Made by a program: the position numbers and the translations under genes
Assembly: GCF_030684315.1 (NCBI RefSeq)
Contig: NC_081370.1
Span: 16,260,106 to 16,324,105, forward strand
Length of the DNA stretch: 64,000 nucleotides
Direction of reading: 5' to 3'
DNA from: Stegostoma tigrinum
Lineage: Eukaryota
Shown here: piece by piece, positions 35,701 through 47,875 of the stretch
Layout of the letters: every line of letters begins with the position of its first letter
How positions within the stretch are numbered: the first letter of the stretch is position 1
Notes under the pieces: model-generated
Told to the model about the DNA's origin: nothing
Databases searched by the model: none
The model's input: only the letters and a program-made list of their open reading frames with translations

Positions 35701-38700
35701 AGTTGTTGGGCTAACTGGCGAGTTTCTGTGCTATGAACACTTTGCAATTCCTTATAAGGAAAAATGTGACTTCTTAGGCTATACCGTGATTATATTCAGG
35801 AATCAGTGAAGAATGTGACTGTATTTCCTTTCATGAATTGATCTCTGGTTAATCAAATATTGTTGCCTCTCCCAGGCAATACCCTGGCTGGGAACATTTG
35901 AAGTCATGATATTTAAGTGCTAGATAACAGTATGGGTAGGAAGAGTCAGTTGTCTGTTTCCTATTTTGTATATTTGTGCGTATACACAGAAAGATTATTC
36001 CTCAATGAAATGTAGCTGCTTATATATGTTCTGTTTTTTTCACACCTTGGGATTCAGATTGATCATCTGGGTGTCACTGTAGACTGTTTTGAAACTTACA
36101 CCATCTAACACCACTGTCTTGCAAGAATAGGTGACACGTGGAATCTAGAATGATATACACCCCATCATGCCATGGTTTTGACATGGATGTCCAATTAATC
36201 ACATTCCACTACCCAGTCTCCACAGTTCTGCAAATGGTTCTAATGCAAGTATTTATCAAATTCTCTTTTGAAAATTATTACTCATTATACTCTGACTATT
36301 TATTCAACAGTATTCCCGATCATACCAACTTGCTATAAAAGAAGAATTCTCACCAGACCCCTTTCTTTTATTAATTATCTTAAATCTACATCCTCTGATC
36401 TCTAAAGTTTCTCCTTATTCACGCTGTTAAAGCTGCTCACTGTCTGAAAGACCTGAATATCTGTTTAACCTTCTCTGCTCTGAGGAAAACACTCGTCACT
36501 CCGCCTTTCTCTCCACATAATTGAAGACTCCAGTATCAATTAAGAAAATTGCTTTTTCACTCTTTTTCATGTCTTAACACACTGAGAGTGGACCTGCACT
36601 AAAGCAATGAGAGCAAGAAGTTGAATCAAATGGCAAGAGTGAGGGCTGGAATAAAATGGCAAGAATGGATCTGGTTGAGTTCACTGCCTCACACCAGTTA
36701 AAGGACATGTCCTCATAGCCAGGAATGGCTTCAGTTATTGAGGTTCATGTTAGAACTAAAGACATCATTGAATTTAGGAATGATTATGGACTTTGAGGGA
36801 TTAGGATAAAAGCTAAAAAGCGAAAACTCAAAAGGTAATAATCTGAGGATTACTATCTCAAATGTGCAAACATCAGCATAGGACCAAACTGATTTAGGGT
36901 TTCATTGCATGGCTCAAAGAAAGATATGGGAGGCAATACATGAGGAAATTACCAGCCCTGGGAAAGAGCAAGTTGTACTACTGGGACGTGTTCTATTTAA
37001 ACTGCTGGGACCAGAGTCCTGATTAATCAAACATTCATCAGAATTAGGCCCTGGGCCATTTGGGCCCCCAAGCCAAGAAAAATCAGGACATAGCAAAGAA
37101 CAGCTACAAAGTAATAAAGGCAAGAAACCACCAGTGAGATTGGATTATAGACCTCCTACAGTTATCATACAAGCAAACAATAACATAAGAAATAGCAGCA
37201 GGCAGAGACCATATGGTGTGTCAAACCTGCTGTGTCATTTTGATCACACCTGCACTTTGGCCCATCTTTAGGTTCCCCAACTCGTACAAATAAACTCTCT
37301 GTGCCTACCACTTCAAGACCCTTCAGAGTCTTGTACGTTTTAGTGACAGCACCTCTCATTCTTCTAAGCCCCAGAGAACATAGGCTCCATATAGTCAGGC
37401 TCACATCAGACAACTACTCCCACATCCCAGGGACCAAATTAGCAAACTTAGCTGAAATCACTGAAGTTACAATTCAACTGATTTTTTTTTTGGCTTGATG
37501 CTATAATTACAGTTATAACACAATAAAATTGTGTATATAAAATACAATCTTATTAAGTCAAATTAGGTACTGTTGAATTTTCCAAGTTTTGTTTTGTGGT
37601 TTAGTGAATGAAAAATAATCATGCTGAATTTACCTACACAAGCAAGAATGCATTCTTAAGGAAGTAAGGAGGTAATAAAATACCATTAAGTCCGTAATGA
37701 TAAGGAGTTACAAAATATGCCAATCCGACCAATACCAATGATTATCAAGTCATTCGTAGGAAGAATCTTGTTAAAGGAACATTGAAACTTCTTCTGATTT
37801 CATTATCTCCAGGGGAATGGAGGCCTTGCAACAATATAAAGAATTGATTTCCATGATTCTTGGTATCCTCTAGAATTTTGGGGGTGGGGGTCTTTTAATA
37901 ATCAAAAAGGTATATTTTTGAAACAGTTCAATGGCATAATTTGACCATAACAGGTGACATCTTTGAGCACTCACAGAGCTGACTATGCAGAGATGAACCA
38001 ATTGCCAGAGGTTATGAGCAGATGCATAGAATGGGATAGGAAAAGTGATATGATATAAGCAAATGTTCGTATTGGATAAGTTATATCCCAGACTGAGATC
38101 TAGCTTGTTAAATCATATTTTCTTTTTTTTTCTTTGAAGTGCCAACTTGTTAAAACATAAGTATGCAATGTTGCAGATTTGGTTTAAACAATAAAACAAA
38201 GGTTTATTACAAAAGTAATGAAAATGGATTAAAATAAACCAAACTGTTTACATATAACACACAAAGATTTTGCAACACACAATAAGATAAAATCCATTAA
38301 TCCCAAACGTATCTCTTTATAGTCCTCATACCTTTCTTTATGAGTACCATATAAGTACTTTATGATTCTACTAAATATATAGACCAAAACTACACACACT
38401 GTGTTCCAGTTGTGGTCCCACGAAAAACCCTGTACAAATTTAACAAGTCTCCTTTATTCCTGTATTCAACCCTCTTATAATAAAGGCCAACATGCCATTT
38501 GTCAGATACTACAGCGGTGTCAGAGGGTCGGTGGCAATGGCGGTGGCAGTGCTCAGATCGAGGGCACCTGACCTCAGTAGGTCCAGAGGCTGAACTTGGG
38601 AATTTGGTGGGTCATCATCTGTGATAGAGCTTGGTGCCCAGAGCAGGGCTACAGTAGGCCCACAGCAGAGACTTGGTGGCTGTGGCAGTACTCGATGCTT

Positions 38701-38844
38701 GTTGGGTCATTGTCCGTGGTGGAGCTTGGTGCCCAGAGCGGGGCTGCACCTTTTGTGCAGTATAAGGTTGAGCTGGGTGCTGACTTTGTCATGAAGTGCT
38801 TTCTCTGTGATTTTCTTTTTTTTTGGCAACTTCCACCATGCTAC

Positions 38845-39150
38845 CCACAAAAATGCCAGGACAAAATGACAAGAATATTAGCAAGAAGCATCCAGGTGAT
38901 AAAATTGCAGGTGGTGCATGTAAAAGAAAGTCTATAGCATTGGAAGAGAAGCTAGATGCTATAAAGTGTTTTCAGCATAACGAGAGAACATGTGATGTAG
39001 TTTGCATAACAGGAGTGAAGGAGTCTAAAGTACACACCATTAGAGACAATGCAGAAAAGATTAAAGCAAGCTGTATTGCTGGAACAAGTCGGAGTGCTAC
39101 TAAATCTGTGTGGTCACGGACAAAGGAACTTGAGTAGATGGAGCGACATG
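38845..39150 (+). mobile_element. Tigger/pogo (CENP-B-like HTH_psq) transposase N-terminal relic
   Basis: ORF 38823..39137 KRKSIALEEKLDAIKCFQHNERTCDV...GVKESKVHTIRDNAEKIKAS...SRTKELE*MER; no DDE domain follows. Confidence 0.7.
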
Positions 39151-39239
39151 AAAACCTAACACATTCATGTTCCAAGATAATAAAATGTGAGGCTGGATGA
39201 ACACAGCAGGCCAAGCAGCATCTCAGGAGCACAAAAGCT

Positions 39240-39267
39240 GACGTTTCGGGCCTAGACCCTTCATCAG
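39240..39267 (-). ncRNA. Minimal type I hammerhead ribozyme motif (mirror copy)
   Basis: Exact reverse complement of 41137-41164. Confidence 0.7.
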
Positions 39268-41136
39268 AGAGGGGGATGGGGGGAGGGAACTGGAATAAAT
39301 AGGGAGAGAGGGGGAGGCGGACCGAAGATGGAGAGTAAAGAAGATAGGTGGAGAGGGTGTAGGTGGGGAGGTAGGGAGGGGATAGGTCAGTCCAGGGAAG
39401 ACGGACAGGTCAAGGAGGTGGGATGAGGTTAGTAGGTAGCTGGGGGTGCGGCTTGGGGTGGGAGGAAGGGATGGGTGAGAGGAAGAACCGGTTAGGGAGG
39501 CAGAGACAGGTTGGACTGGTTTTGGGATGCAGTGGGTGGGGGGGAAGAGCTGGGCTGGTTGTGTGGTGCAGTGGGGGGAGGGGATGAACTGGGCTGGTTG
39601 AGGGATGCAGTGGGGGAAGGGGAGATTTTGAAACTGGTGAAGTCCACATTGATACCATATGGCTGCAGGGTTCCCAGGCGGAATATGAGTTGCTGTTCCT
39701 GCAACCTTCGGGTGGCATCATGGTGGCAGTGCAGGAGGCCCATGATGGACATGTCATCAAGAGAATGGGAGGGGGAGTGGAAATGGTTTGCGACTGGGAG
39801 GTGCAGTTGTTTGTTGCGAACTGAGCGGAGGTGTTCTGCAAAGCGGTCCCCAAGCCTCCGCTTGGTTTCCCCAATGTAGAGAAAGCCGCACCGGGTACAG
39901 TGGATGCAGTATACCACATTGGCAGATGTGCAGGTGAACCTCTGCTTAATGTGGAATGTCATCTTGGGGCCTGGGATGGGGGTGAGGGAGGAGGTGTGGG
40001 GACAAGTGTAGCATTTCCTGCGGTTGCAGGGGAAGGTGCCGGGTGTGGTGGGGTTGGAGGGCAGTGTGGAGCGAACAAGGGAGTCACGGAGAGAGTGGTC
40101 TCTCCGGAAAGCAGACAGGGGTGGGGATGGAAAAATGTCTTGGGTGGTGGGGTCGGATTGTAAATGGCGGAAGTGTCGGAGGATAATGCGTTGTATCCGG
40201 AGGTTGGTAACCGGAGGTTATCCTCCGACACTTCCGCCATTTACAATCCGACCCCACCACCCAAGACATTTTTCCATCCCCACCCCTGTCTGCTTTCCGG
40301 AGAGACCACTCTCTCCGTGACTCCCTTGTTCGCTCCACACTGCCCTCCAACCCCACCACACCCGGCACCTTCCCCTGCAACCGCAGGAAATGCTACACTT
40401 GTCCCCACACCTCCTCCCTCACCCCCATCCCAGGCCCCAAGATGACATTCCACATTAAGCAGAGGTTCACCTGCACATCTGCCAATGTGGTATACTGCAT
40501 CCACTGTACCCGGTGCGGCTTTCTCTACATTGGGGAAACCAAGCGGAGGCTTGGGGACCGCTTTGCAGAACACCTCCGCTCAGTTCGCAACAAACAACTG
40601 CACCTCCCAGTCGCAAACCATTTCCACTCCCCCTCCCATTCTCTTGATGACATGTCCATCATGGGCCTCCTGCACTGCCACCATGATGCCACCCGAAGGT
40701 TGCAGGAACAGCAACTCATATTCCGCCTGGGAACCCTGCAGCCATATGGTATCAATGTGGACTTCACCAGTTTCAAAATCTCCCCTTCCCCCACTGCATC
40801 CCTCAACCAGCCCAGTTCATCCCCTCCCCCCACTGCACCACACAACCAGCCCAGCTCTTCCCCCCCACCCACTGCATCCCAAAACCAGTCCAACCTGTCT
40901 CTGCCTCCCTAACCGGTTCTTCCTCTCACCCATCCCTTCCTCCCACCCCAAGCCGCACCCCCAGCTACCTACTAACCTCATCCCACCTCCTTGACCTGTC
41001 CGTCTTCCCTGGACTGACCTATCCCCTCCCTACCTCCCCACCTACACCCTCTCCACCTATCTTCTTTACTCTCCATCTTCGGTCCGCCTCCCCCTCTCTC
41101 CCTATTTATTCCAGTTCCCTCCCCCCATCCCCCTCT

Positions 41137-41164
41137 CTGATGAAGGGTCTAGGCCCGAAACGTC
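41137..41164 (+). ncRNA. Minimal type I hammerhead ribozyme motif in Penelope pLTR
   Basis: CTGATGA-A-GGGT(CTAG)GCCC-GAAA-CGTC: intact core, stem II, palindromic ACGT stem III, GUC cleavage triplet; stem I only ~2 bp. Confidence 0.7.
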
Positions 41165-41689
41165 AGCTTTTGTGCTCCTGAGATGCTGCTTGGCCTGCTG
41201 TGTTCATCCAGCCTCACATTTTATTATCTTGGAATCTCCAGCATCTGCAGTTCCCATTATCTCTCTCACATTCATGTTCCAGCTATCTTGACCCCATTTC
41301 ACCTCACCACTGCCGCAATGAGCCCATGATGAGCATGATTCAATGTAGATCTGAGTGTGCATGGATTGAATGCTCACCCTGGATCTCCTTGGCAGTCATT
41401 ATATGTTCCTTCAGAGGAAGCCATCTGCCTCTATGCCTGAGACATGGCCAAAACTGATTGTGTGCATGCACTCCCTCATACCTGTATCAAGCTGCATCTA
41501 ATGCCTGGCAGTTCCACTGTGTTTTCCCCACTCCTCTGAGATGCATCTCACAGATATCTTGTGGTTGTGACCTGAGGCCAATCATGAGTGGGGTGCTCTG
41601 CACGGGTCTGATCCCCAACAATCCTCTGAACCTCTGGGGTCCTGGCTGATGGCTGCTGAGACGTATTTGTGGTATGCTCACCAGATTGT

Positions 41690-41727
<38 letters not shown>

Positions 41728-41738
41728 TGTGTGTGTGT
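41690..41738. repeat. (GT)n microsatellite
   Basis: Direct observation. Confidence 0.95.
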
Positions 41739-42019
41739 CGCGGGCGCGGTGAATGTGCTGCTAGAGGTAGGTGATACAGCATCCTCTGGGGCACTGGCTC
41801 CTACACCCCGGAGGTGGTGTTTTTGGGGTTCTCTCATCGTTGTGTGGATTTTGGATGATGATAACCTGTAGTGGACAGCAAGAAAACTCACATTAAGAGT
41901 CATCACAACCTGACAACTTCACATTCCATCATATCCACTCTGTGTGCCCCCATGCCACCTGCTGGATTGTTCCCTCTCGCTCCTTATTCCTGGTTGGTTC
42001 AGCCTTGCCAACTGCTACC

Positions 42020-42460
42020 TATTTAACACAGCCTAGTTCATCATGCAAGCCAACCTCCCATCCATTGACTCCATTTATACTCCTCACTGCTTTGGAAAGG
42101 CAGCCAACATCATCTAAGATTCCACCGCTCCCCCCCTTCCCCACCTCCACCCCCACCCTAATTATAATCTCTTCCAACCTCTTCTGCCGCGCAAAAGATA
42201 CAAAAGCGTAAACACGTATAGCAACAAATTTAAGAACAACTTCTTCCCCACTGTTATTAGACTTCTGAATGGACCTCTCAAATTTCAAATTTAATGTTGA
42301 TCTGCTCTTTGCACACCTTCTCTGCAGCCATAACATTGTATTCCTCACAACGTTCTATTACCCTAATGTACTTTGTATGATATGATCTGCCTGTACTGCA
42401 CGCAAAACAAAACTTTTCACTGTACCTAGGTGCATGTGATAATAATAAATCAAACCAAAT
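42020..42460 (+). mobile_element. Rex1/Babar-type LINE 3' end
   Basis: CFGKAANII..., FQPL...RYKS.NT..NKFKNNFFPTVIRLLN, tail aataaatcaaaccaaatc. Confidence 0.75.
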
Positions 42461-44039
42461 CTCTCTCTAGCTGTTGGGGTTCCTGAGGTCAGAAACTCTA
42501 CATCTTGGGCATCGTCTGTCCCTGATGCTGTGGGTCTGCTTAGCCTCACAGGTAATTTACAGGGTTAGTGACATGTCAAGTGACACCTCACCCCGGTATC
42601 CAAATGCATCGCCATCATAAATCCAGTCTTGCCATTCACACACTGCATTGAAAAGGTACAAAGAAGGCGAACTCCCACACACTTTAGCCTCAATTATCAC
42701 TAAAGCTGCCCTATAGTCAATTTTCTGGCATAGCTGCTGGTATAATTGCAGCTGATGTTACTATTGGATAAGTCAGATCCCAGTCTGAAATCTGGCTTGG
42801 TAGATCATATTTTGTTGTTTCTTTCATTGAAAAATAAACATACAAAGCTGCAAATCCAGTTTTGACAATAAAACAGAGGCTTATTCCACAAAAAACTAAA
42901 GATAAAAAATAATAATTCAAACCTATTAACATATAATTCAAATGTAAACATTTCAAACCACATAGTAAATACATATCATTAGTCCCTCATACCAGGGAGA
43001 AATTTCTTCCACTCACATCTCTCAGGCTTGCTATAACTATAACTATGGGTTCAATTCCCTTTAATGAGAATCTAATAGCCTCTGCCTGTAGCCTTCATAC
43101 AACTGAGCTTAGGCTCTTTCACCTTCTGATAACCCCTTCAGGGTTTGAACAAACCCTTCTCATCTTAAACTTGTAAACTAAACTCCATGTACTGGAGTAC
43201 ATTCTTTCTTAGTCCTAAATCAACCTTCCTTTCTCACAAGCAACCATTTATACATTCAACTTCAGCCAAGACTTTTGCAAACTGCCCTAAACTGTAAAAA
43301 AAACAATTTTTATTTAAGTTTTGCACAATTCCAGAATTTTCTATTTGAAAGTTTAATATACTGCGCTTTTTACTGAGTTTGCTCTTAAACAAAACCACAT
43401 AACTTTCTACAAAGTCCCTCTTTAATACTTTTTTCAAAAGAAATCGTTATGAGTACCGCAATACTTACAAGTTGATCATTAAACACATTCAGACACATAG
43501 AAAACCCATATGGTACTAGTTCAAAATTCAAAAATTCAAAAATAAAAAATATTAAAATATATTTAAACTACACACCTTAGGGAACACTGCACATCATCAT
43601 ATTGATGACCACACGAGAGACCCCTACTGAATGGTGAGACACCGGCACTTACACTTGCATCGGGCACAGGGTAAGTGGGTAACCTCTTCCATCTCCATCC
43701 AGGTCACTTTGGTCTGGTAACCGGGCCTTCTTATGCTATTTTCAGAAAGAGCAGCTCCCATTTTTCACTGATGCCCTGGAGGAGAACATAGAGGAGGCAT
43801 TGCTGATCGCTGAGCTAGAAAGCTGGTCTACTTCAACGATCACTCCACTTCTGAAGAATATGATGCTCTGAATCAATAGTGTATACTGATAGTAATGCAC
43901 TGCTGGCCGGTTTGAAGAGGAGACCACGTGTATAGGCAGCACTGTCAATGCCTTCCCACTAAACTGCATGCGTTTTGGATGCATACTGAAGCCATGTATA
44001 AACTTAACCTATTGATATGAAAAAGGGCAGAAAGAGAGA

Positions 44040-44755
44040 ATGTGGAAAGGCCAGTTAGTTCAGGCTATGATTGCAAGAAAGTCATGCTGTTAACAAAATC
44101 CCAGACTGAGAATAAAGCAGTTTTACTGTAATAGATAGGACTTTGGCGGTAATACACCAAGAATATTATATCAGAGATAACAAAGTGTTGAGCTGGATGA
44201 ACACAGCAGTCCAAGCAGCTTTTTAGGAGCACAAAAGCTGACGTTTCGGGCCTAGACTCTTATGTCAGATTCTGGTTTCCATCCCTACAAATCATATGTC
44301 TCCCAGGGACGGGATGGGGCCGGGCATGGGCAACAAAGATTCAGTAGACTTGTTTCCCTGCTGAGAAGGCTGTCCATTGTGGAGAGATGAAGTTCAAAAG
44401 AATGGGAGGTGATATCACTGAGGCAGCTTTAATTTTCAGACACTTGACATGACATAGGGTTTGAGACTGTTTGTCCTGGCTGCAGAGTTTAGAATTAGGA
44501 TTACAGTCTCAACATAAGTGGTCAGCCATTTAGCTCTTAGGGAGGGAGAAATTTCTTTGAATTTTTGGAACTGTGTACCCCAGAGAGCCCTGAATATTAT
44601 GTTCTTGTGGATTGTTGGACACTAAAGGAAATCCAGTGACACTGGGATAGAGCAGGAAAGAACTGATGTGAAGTTCAGCCATGATCTTATTGAATTGCAC
44701 CGCAAAGATGGAGGGGCCAAATGGCCTGTGCCTGGTCCTTATTTTTAACATGTTG
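44040..44755 (+). mobile_element. Degenerate CR1 3' fragment carrying a Penelope micro-insertion (44176-44259, -)
   Basis: CR1 tail gaggggccaaatggcctgtgcctggtcctta; insertion flanked by ttatatcaga (44166-44175) / ttatgtcaga (44260-44269). Confidence 0.7.
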
Positions 44756-44829
44756 TCATGTGCAAGATGGAAAGTCTTCCCTTTTTGCTTTATTAAAGCA
44801 TACCAGGCCAATGAATCATCTTGTAGTGT

Positions 44830-45575
44830 CAAAGAGCAAAGAAAATTACAGTACAGGAACACGCCCTTTGGCGTGCAGCCTGCACCAACATGCTGCTCGT
44901 CACAACTAAAACCCCCTACTCTTCCAGGGACTGTATCCCTCTATTTCCATCCTATTCATGTATTTTTCAAGAAGCCCTTTAAAAGTCACTGATAATGGGA
45001 ACTGCAGATGCTGGAGAATCTGAGATAACAAAGTGTGGAGCTGGATGCACACAGCAGACCAAGCAGCATCTTAGGAGCATAAAAGCTGACGTTTTGGGCC
45101 TAGACCCTTCATCAGCAAAGGATTTTCTTTTCTTCCACCCTGGGAAACAGCTTCTAACTGTCCAGTCTGTCCATGCCCTCCATAACCTGTAGACCTCTAT
45201 CAGGTTGCCCCTCAACCTCGATCGTTCCAATGAGAACAGCCCAAGTTTCTACAACCTCTCCTCATAGCTAATGCCCTCAATACCAGGCAACATCCTGGTA
45301 AAACTCTTCTGTACCCTCTCTAAAGCCACCACATCCTTCTGGTAGTGCGGTGACCAGAATTGAATACAATATTCCAAATGAGGCCTAACTAAGGTTCTAT
45401 AGAGCTACAATATTACCTGCCAATTTTTAAGCTCAATGCCCTAGCTGATGAAAGTAAGCGTGTCATTTGCCTTGTTGACTACCTTTTCCATCTGCGTTGC
45501 CACTTTCCTTGTACCTGTACACCCAGCTCACTCTGCCTATCATTGCTGTTAAGGGTTCTGCCATTTACTGCATAA
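44830..45575 (-). mobile_element. CR1 3' fragment carrying a Penelope tail+pLTR insertion (44990-45115)
   Basis: LERSRLRGNLIEVY (ORF 44979..45230); insertion gataatgggaactgcagatgctggag...cctagacccttcatcag. Confidence 0.8.
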
Positions 45576-45797
45576 TGTGTCATTGCTGATGTTATGTAAG
45601 CGTCTATTGTTTATGTATACTTGCAGTAGATAAGGTTCCTGAAAAACAATTAGTCAACAGCAACTTGCTTCAGCATGCCTGCAGTGAGTCATCAAAGCTT
45701 CTACAGATGAGCAATGTCTTCCCTCTCCAACCAACAACCAATCCTTCCCGATCATACACCATCAACCTAGCCAAAACACAAAGATTGAACTGTTAAG

Positions 45798-45990
45798 TTA
45801 AAGCAAAATACAGTGAATGCTGACAATCTGAAATAAAAATACAAACTCCTGGAGAAACTTAGCAGGTCTAGCAGCATGTAGAGAGAGCAGAAAGTTAATC
45901 ATTCAGGTCCAATGATGACGCTTCAGTTGCAAAGAAGAAACATTAGAGTTGAGATGTCAACTCAGTTTCTCTTTCTATAGATGCTGCAAT
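45798..45990. mobile_element. Old Penelope-like inverted pLTR pair
   Basis: gcagcatgtagagagagcagaaagttaa versus tcaactcagtttctctttctatagatgctgc. Confidence 0.6.
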
Positions 45991-46044
45991 ATAAGACAGA
46001 GATGCCATGGATGCCGTTGAAGTGCTGCTTATCTGGTAACAAAC

Positions 46045-46360
46045 ATATATTACCCATCCCTAATTGCCCAGAAGGCAGTTAAGAGTCAACCACATTGCTG
46101 TGGGCCTGGAGTCACATGTAGGCCAGACCAGGGAAGGATGGCGGTTTACTTCCCTAAAGGACATTAGTGAACCAGATGGGTTTTTCCCCTGACAATTGGC
46201 AATGAATTTATGGTCATCATTAGGCTCTTAATTCCAGATATTCAATGCATTCAAATTCCACCATCTGCCATGGCAGGATTTGAACTTGGGTCGCCAGAAT
46301 GTTATCTGGGTCTTTGGATTAACAGTCCAATGATAATACACTAGGCCATTGCCTCCCCCT
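46045..46360 (-). mobile_element. tRNA-derived SINE with a 3' tail shared with the CR1/L2-group LINE
   Basis: Minus strand ggggaggcaatggcctagtg (A-box) ... ccaagttcaaatcc (B-box); ends gggcaattagggatgggtaat, like the LINE tail at ~25350. Confidence 0.8.
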
Positions 46361-46599
46361 CTTTATGTCTCTCCACTTCTCTATTGACAGATTGTGTATG
46401 TGGCACCCATTCGTGGAGAGGGTATAATCTATAGTCTTTGGCCCTCAGCACAAAATTTTTGTTTGTTCTTCAAAGAAAAGTCTTACGTTTACCTTCTCTC
46501 TGTTTCTACTTTCCATTAATAAATTCCATTTCTTTACTTTGTTTTTAATTCCTCATTCCCTGCATATGATTCTGTCCCTTTCTGTCTTTCATTTATGAG

Positions 46600-47725
46600 A
46601 AAAATAAGGCCTAAGGCATGAAATTCCAGATTACCATTGGTATTACTGTACTGTTAACAAATCTGTGACCTAACACCTTGTGAGCAAATATACAATACGA
46701 TAAAGAGTAAATACAGTGCCTGTAACATGTTCACCCCGACTAAAGCACGAAGAAAACAATGGTTATGAGATAGGCTACTACATCTCCATCAGTGGTCACA
46801 ATGACAAAATCCTGCTCGGAACTGCTTTGCACCTTTGGCTACCTTAGGTCTGTGGTGAGAATCTGTCCCCTGAAGAAGAGTTAGATACACACATAGGAAA
46901 AGTGACAACCACCTTTTGTCAACTTACAAAATGCATGCAGGTTAAGATTAACTGACCCTTAGGCCAAAATCGGTGGTTTATAATGCATGCAATCTCAGCA
47001 TTTTATTGTAGATATTTAAATCAACCTACTTGGATACATTATAATACAGCTCTGAGGCGGGTGGGACTTGAACCTTCTGGCTCAAAGGTAAGAACACCAG
47101 CACTGTGCTAGGCTATGAAACATTGGCAACTTACAGCTACCAGGAAAATGAATTCAATAATTTCCATCCCCACTGCCTGTAGCAAATGATGGGCACATCC
47201 TGCCATAATGGGTATACCACATCATGGGTATATTCTGACGTTATTAGCATATCCTGACATTAGGAATATTTGACCTTATGGGTGTACCCTAACAGAACAA
47301 AATTATGAATCTTGTAGTCCTCTCAAAGGCATAGCTCCTAGGTATATTGACAACAATCAACAAGAGGTCACTTCAGTGGATTGGGTAGAAGAAAGATGTG
47401 TACCCAATGACCTTTAGTAAATGTGGCAGCTGGAACAGTGAAGGGGTGCCAAGGGATGCATCGCTTTAAGGATTCTTGTAAGCATTACGTGAAAGTCTTA
47501 AGTATTGACTATCGCACAAGGGAATCATTAGCTGCAAAACAGGGAAATGGCAACTGGGCTGGTGTGCACCACCATGATGATAAATGGCTACAGCAGCTTA
47601 ACAGCAGGAGCCAAACAACTGAGAGCTAGAACCTACAGCTTCACTTGGTATGTGTAGTACTTTGACAAGACCTGTATCTCAAAAACTGTCCTTTCTTAGC
47701 AATCTACAAAGGTGCCCCAGATGAA
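46600..47725 (+). mobile_element. RTE-clade LINE relic
   Basis: FGYLRS...NLSPEEELDTHIGKVTTTFCQLTK...VYNACNLSILL / YETLATYSYQE..FNNFH.HCL, the RTE RT C-terminal pattern; small SINE-head insert at ~47010-47110. Confidence 0.7.
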
Positions 47726-47739
47726 GACCCTCCTCCCCC

Positions 47740-47875
47740 ACCTGAAAGGTAGGGTCACCAGACCCAAAACGTTAATTCTGATTTCTCTTCACAAATGCTG
47801 CCAAACCTGCTGAGCTTTTCCAGCAATTTCTATGTTTGTTTCTGATTTACAGCATCCGCAGTTCTCTTGGTTTTT
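47740..47875 (+). mobile_element. Old Penelope-like pLTR with decayed hammerhead
   Basis: ctgaaaggtagggtcaccagacccaaaacgttaa...atgctgccaaacctgctgagcttttccagcaattt. Confidence 0.7.

Larger units (their letters stand above)
39170..41266 (+). mobile_element. Young Penelope-like (Neptune-type) palindromic insertion: two 1017-bp inverted arms, GIY-YIG domain, pLTRs, 3' tail
   Basis: Arms 39170-40186 and 40218-41234 (mirror ORFs identical, coordinate sum 80404); FPCNRRKCYTCP Cys linker; VVYCIHC..C..LYIGETKRRL..RF.EH GIY-YIG; 15-bp TSD cacattcatgttcca at 39160-39174 and 41267-41281. Confidence 0.97.

Noticed and set aside
39170-41234. Palindrome as an assembly fold-back artefact
   Set aside because: Unique flanks, a 15-bp TSD, a one-sided tail and smaller diverged equivalents elsewhere in the window support a real insertion; a read-level check is still advisable.
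43570-43875. Donor GGTAAGT (~43670), 75-nt intron-like gap and short ORF KEQLPFFTDALEE...
   Set aside because: The upstream segment has stops and no recognisable protein; possibly a transposon relic.
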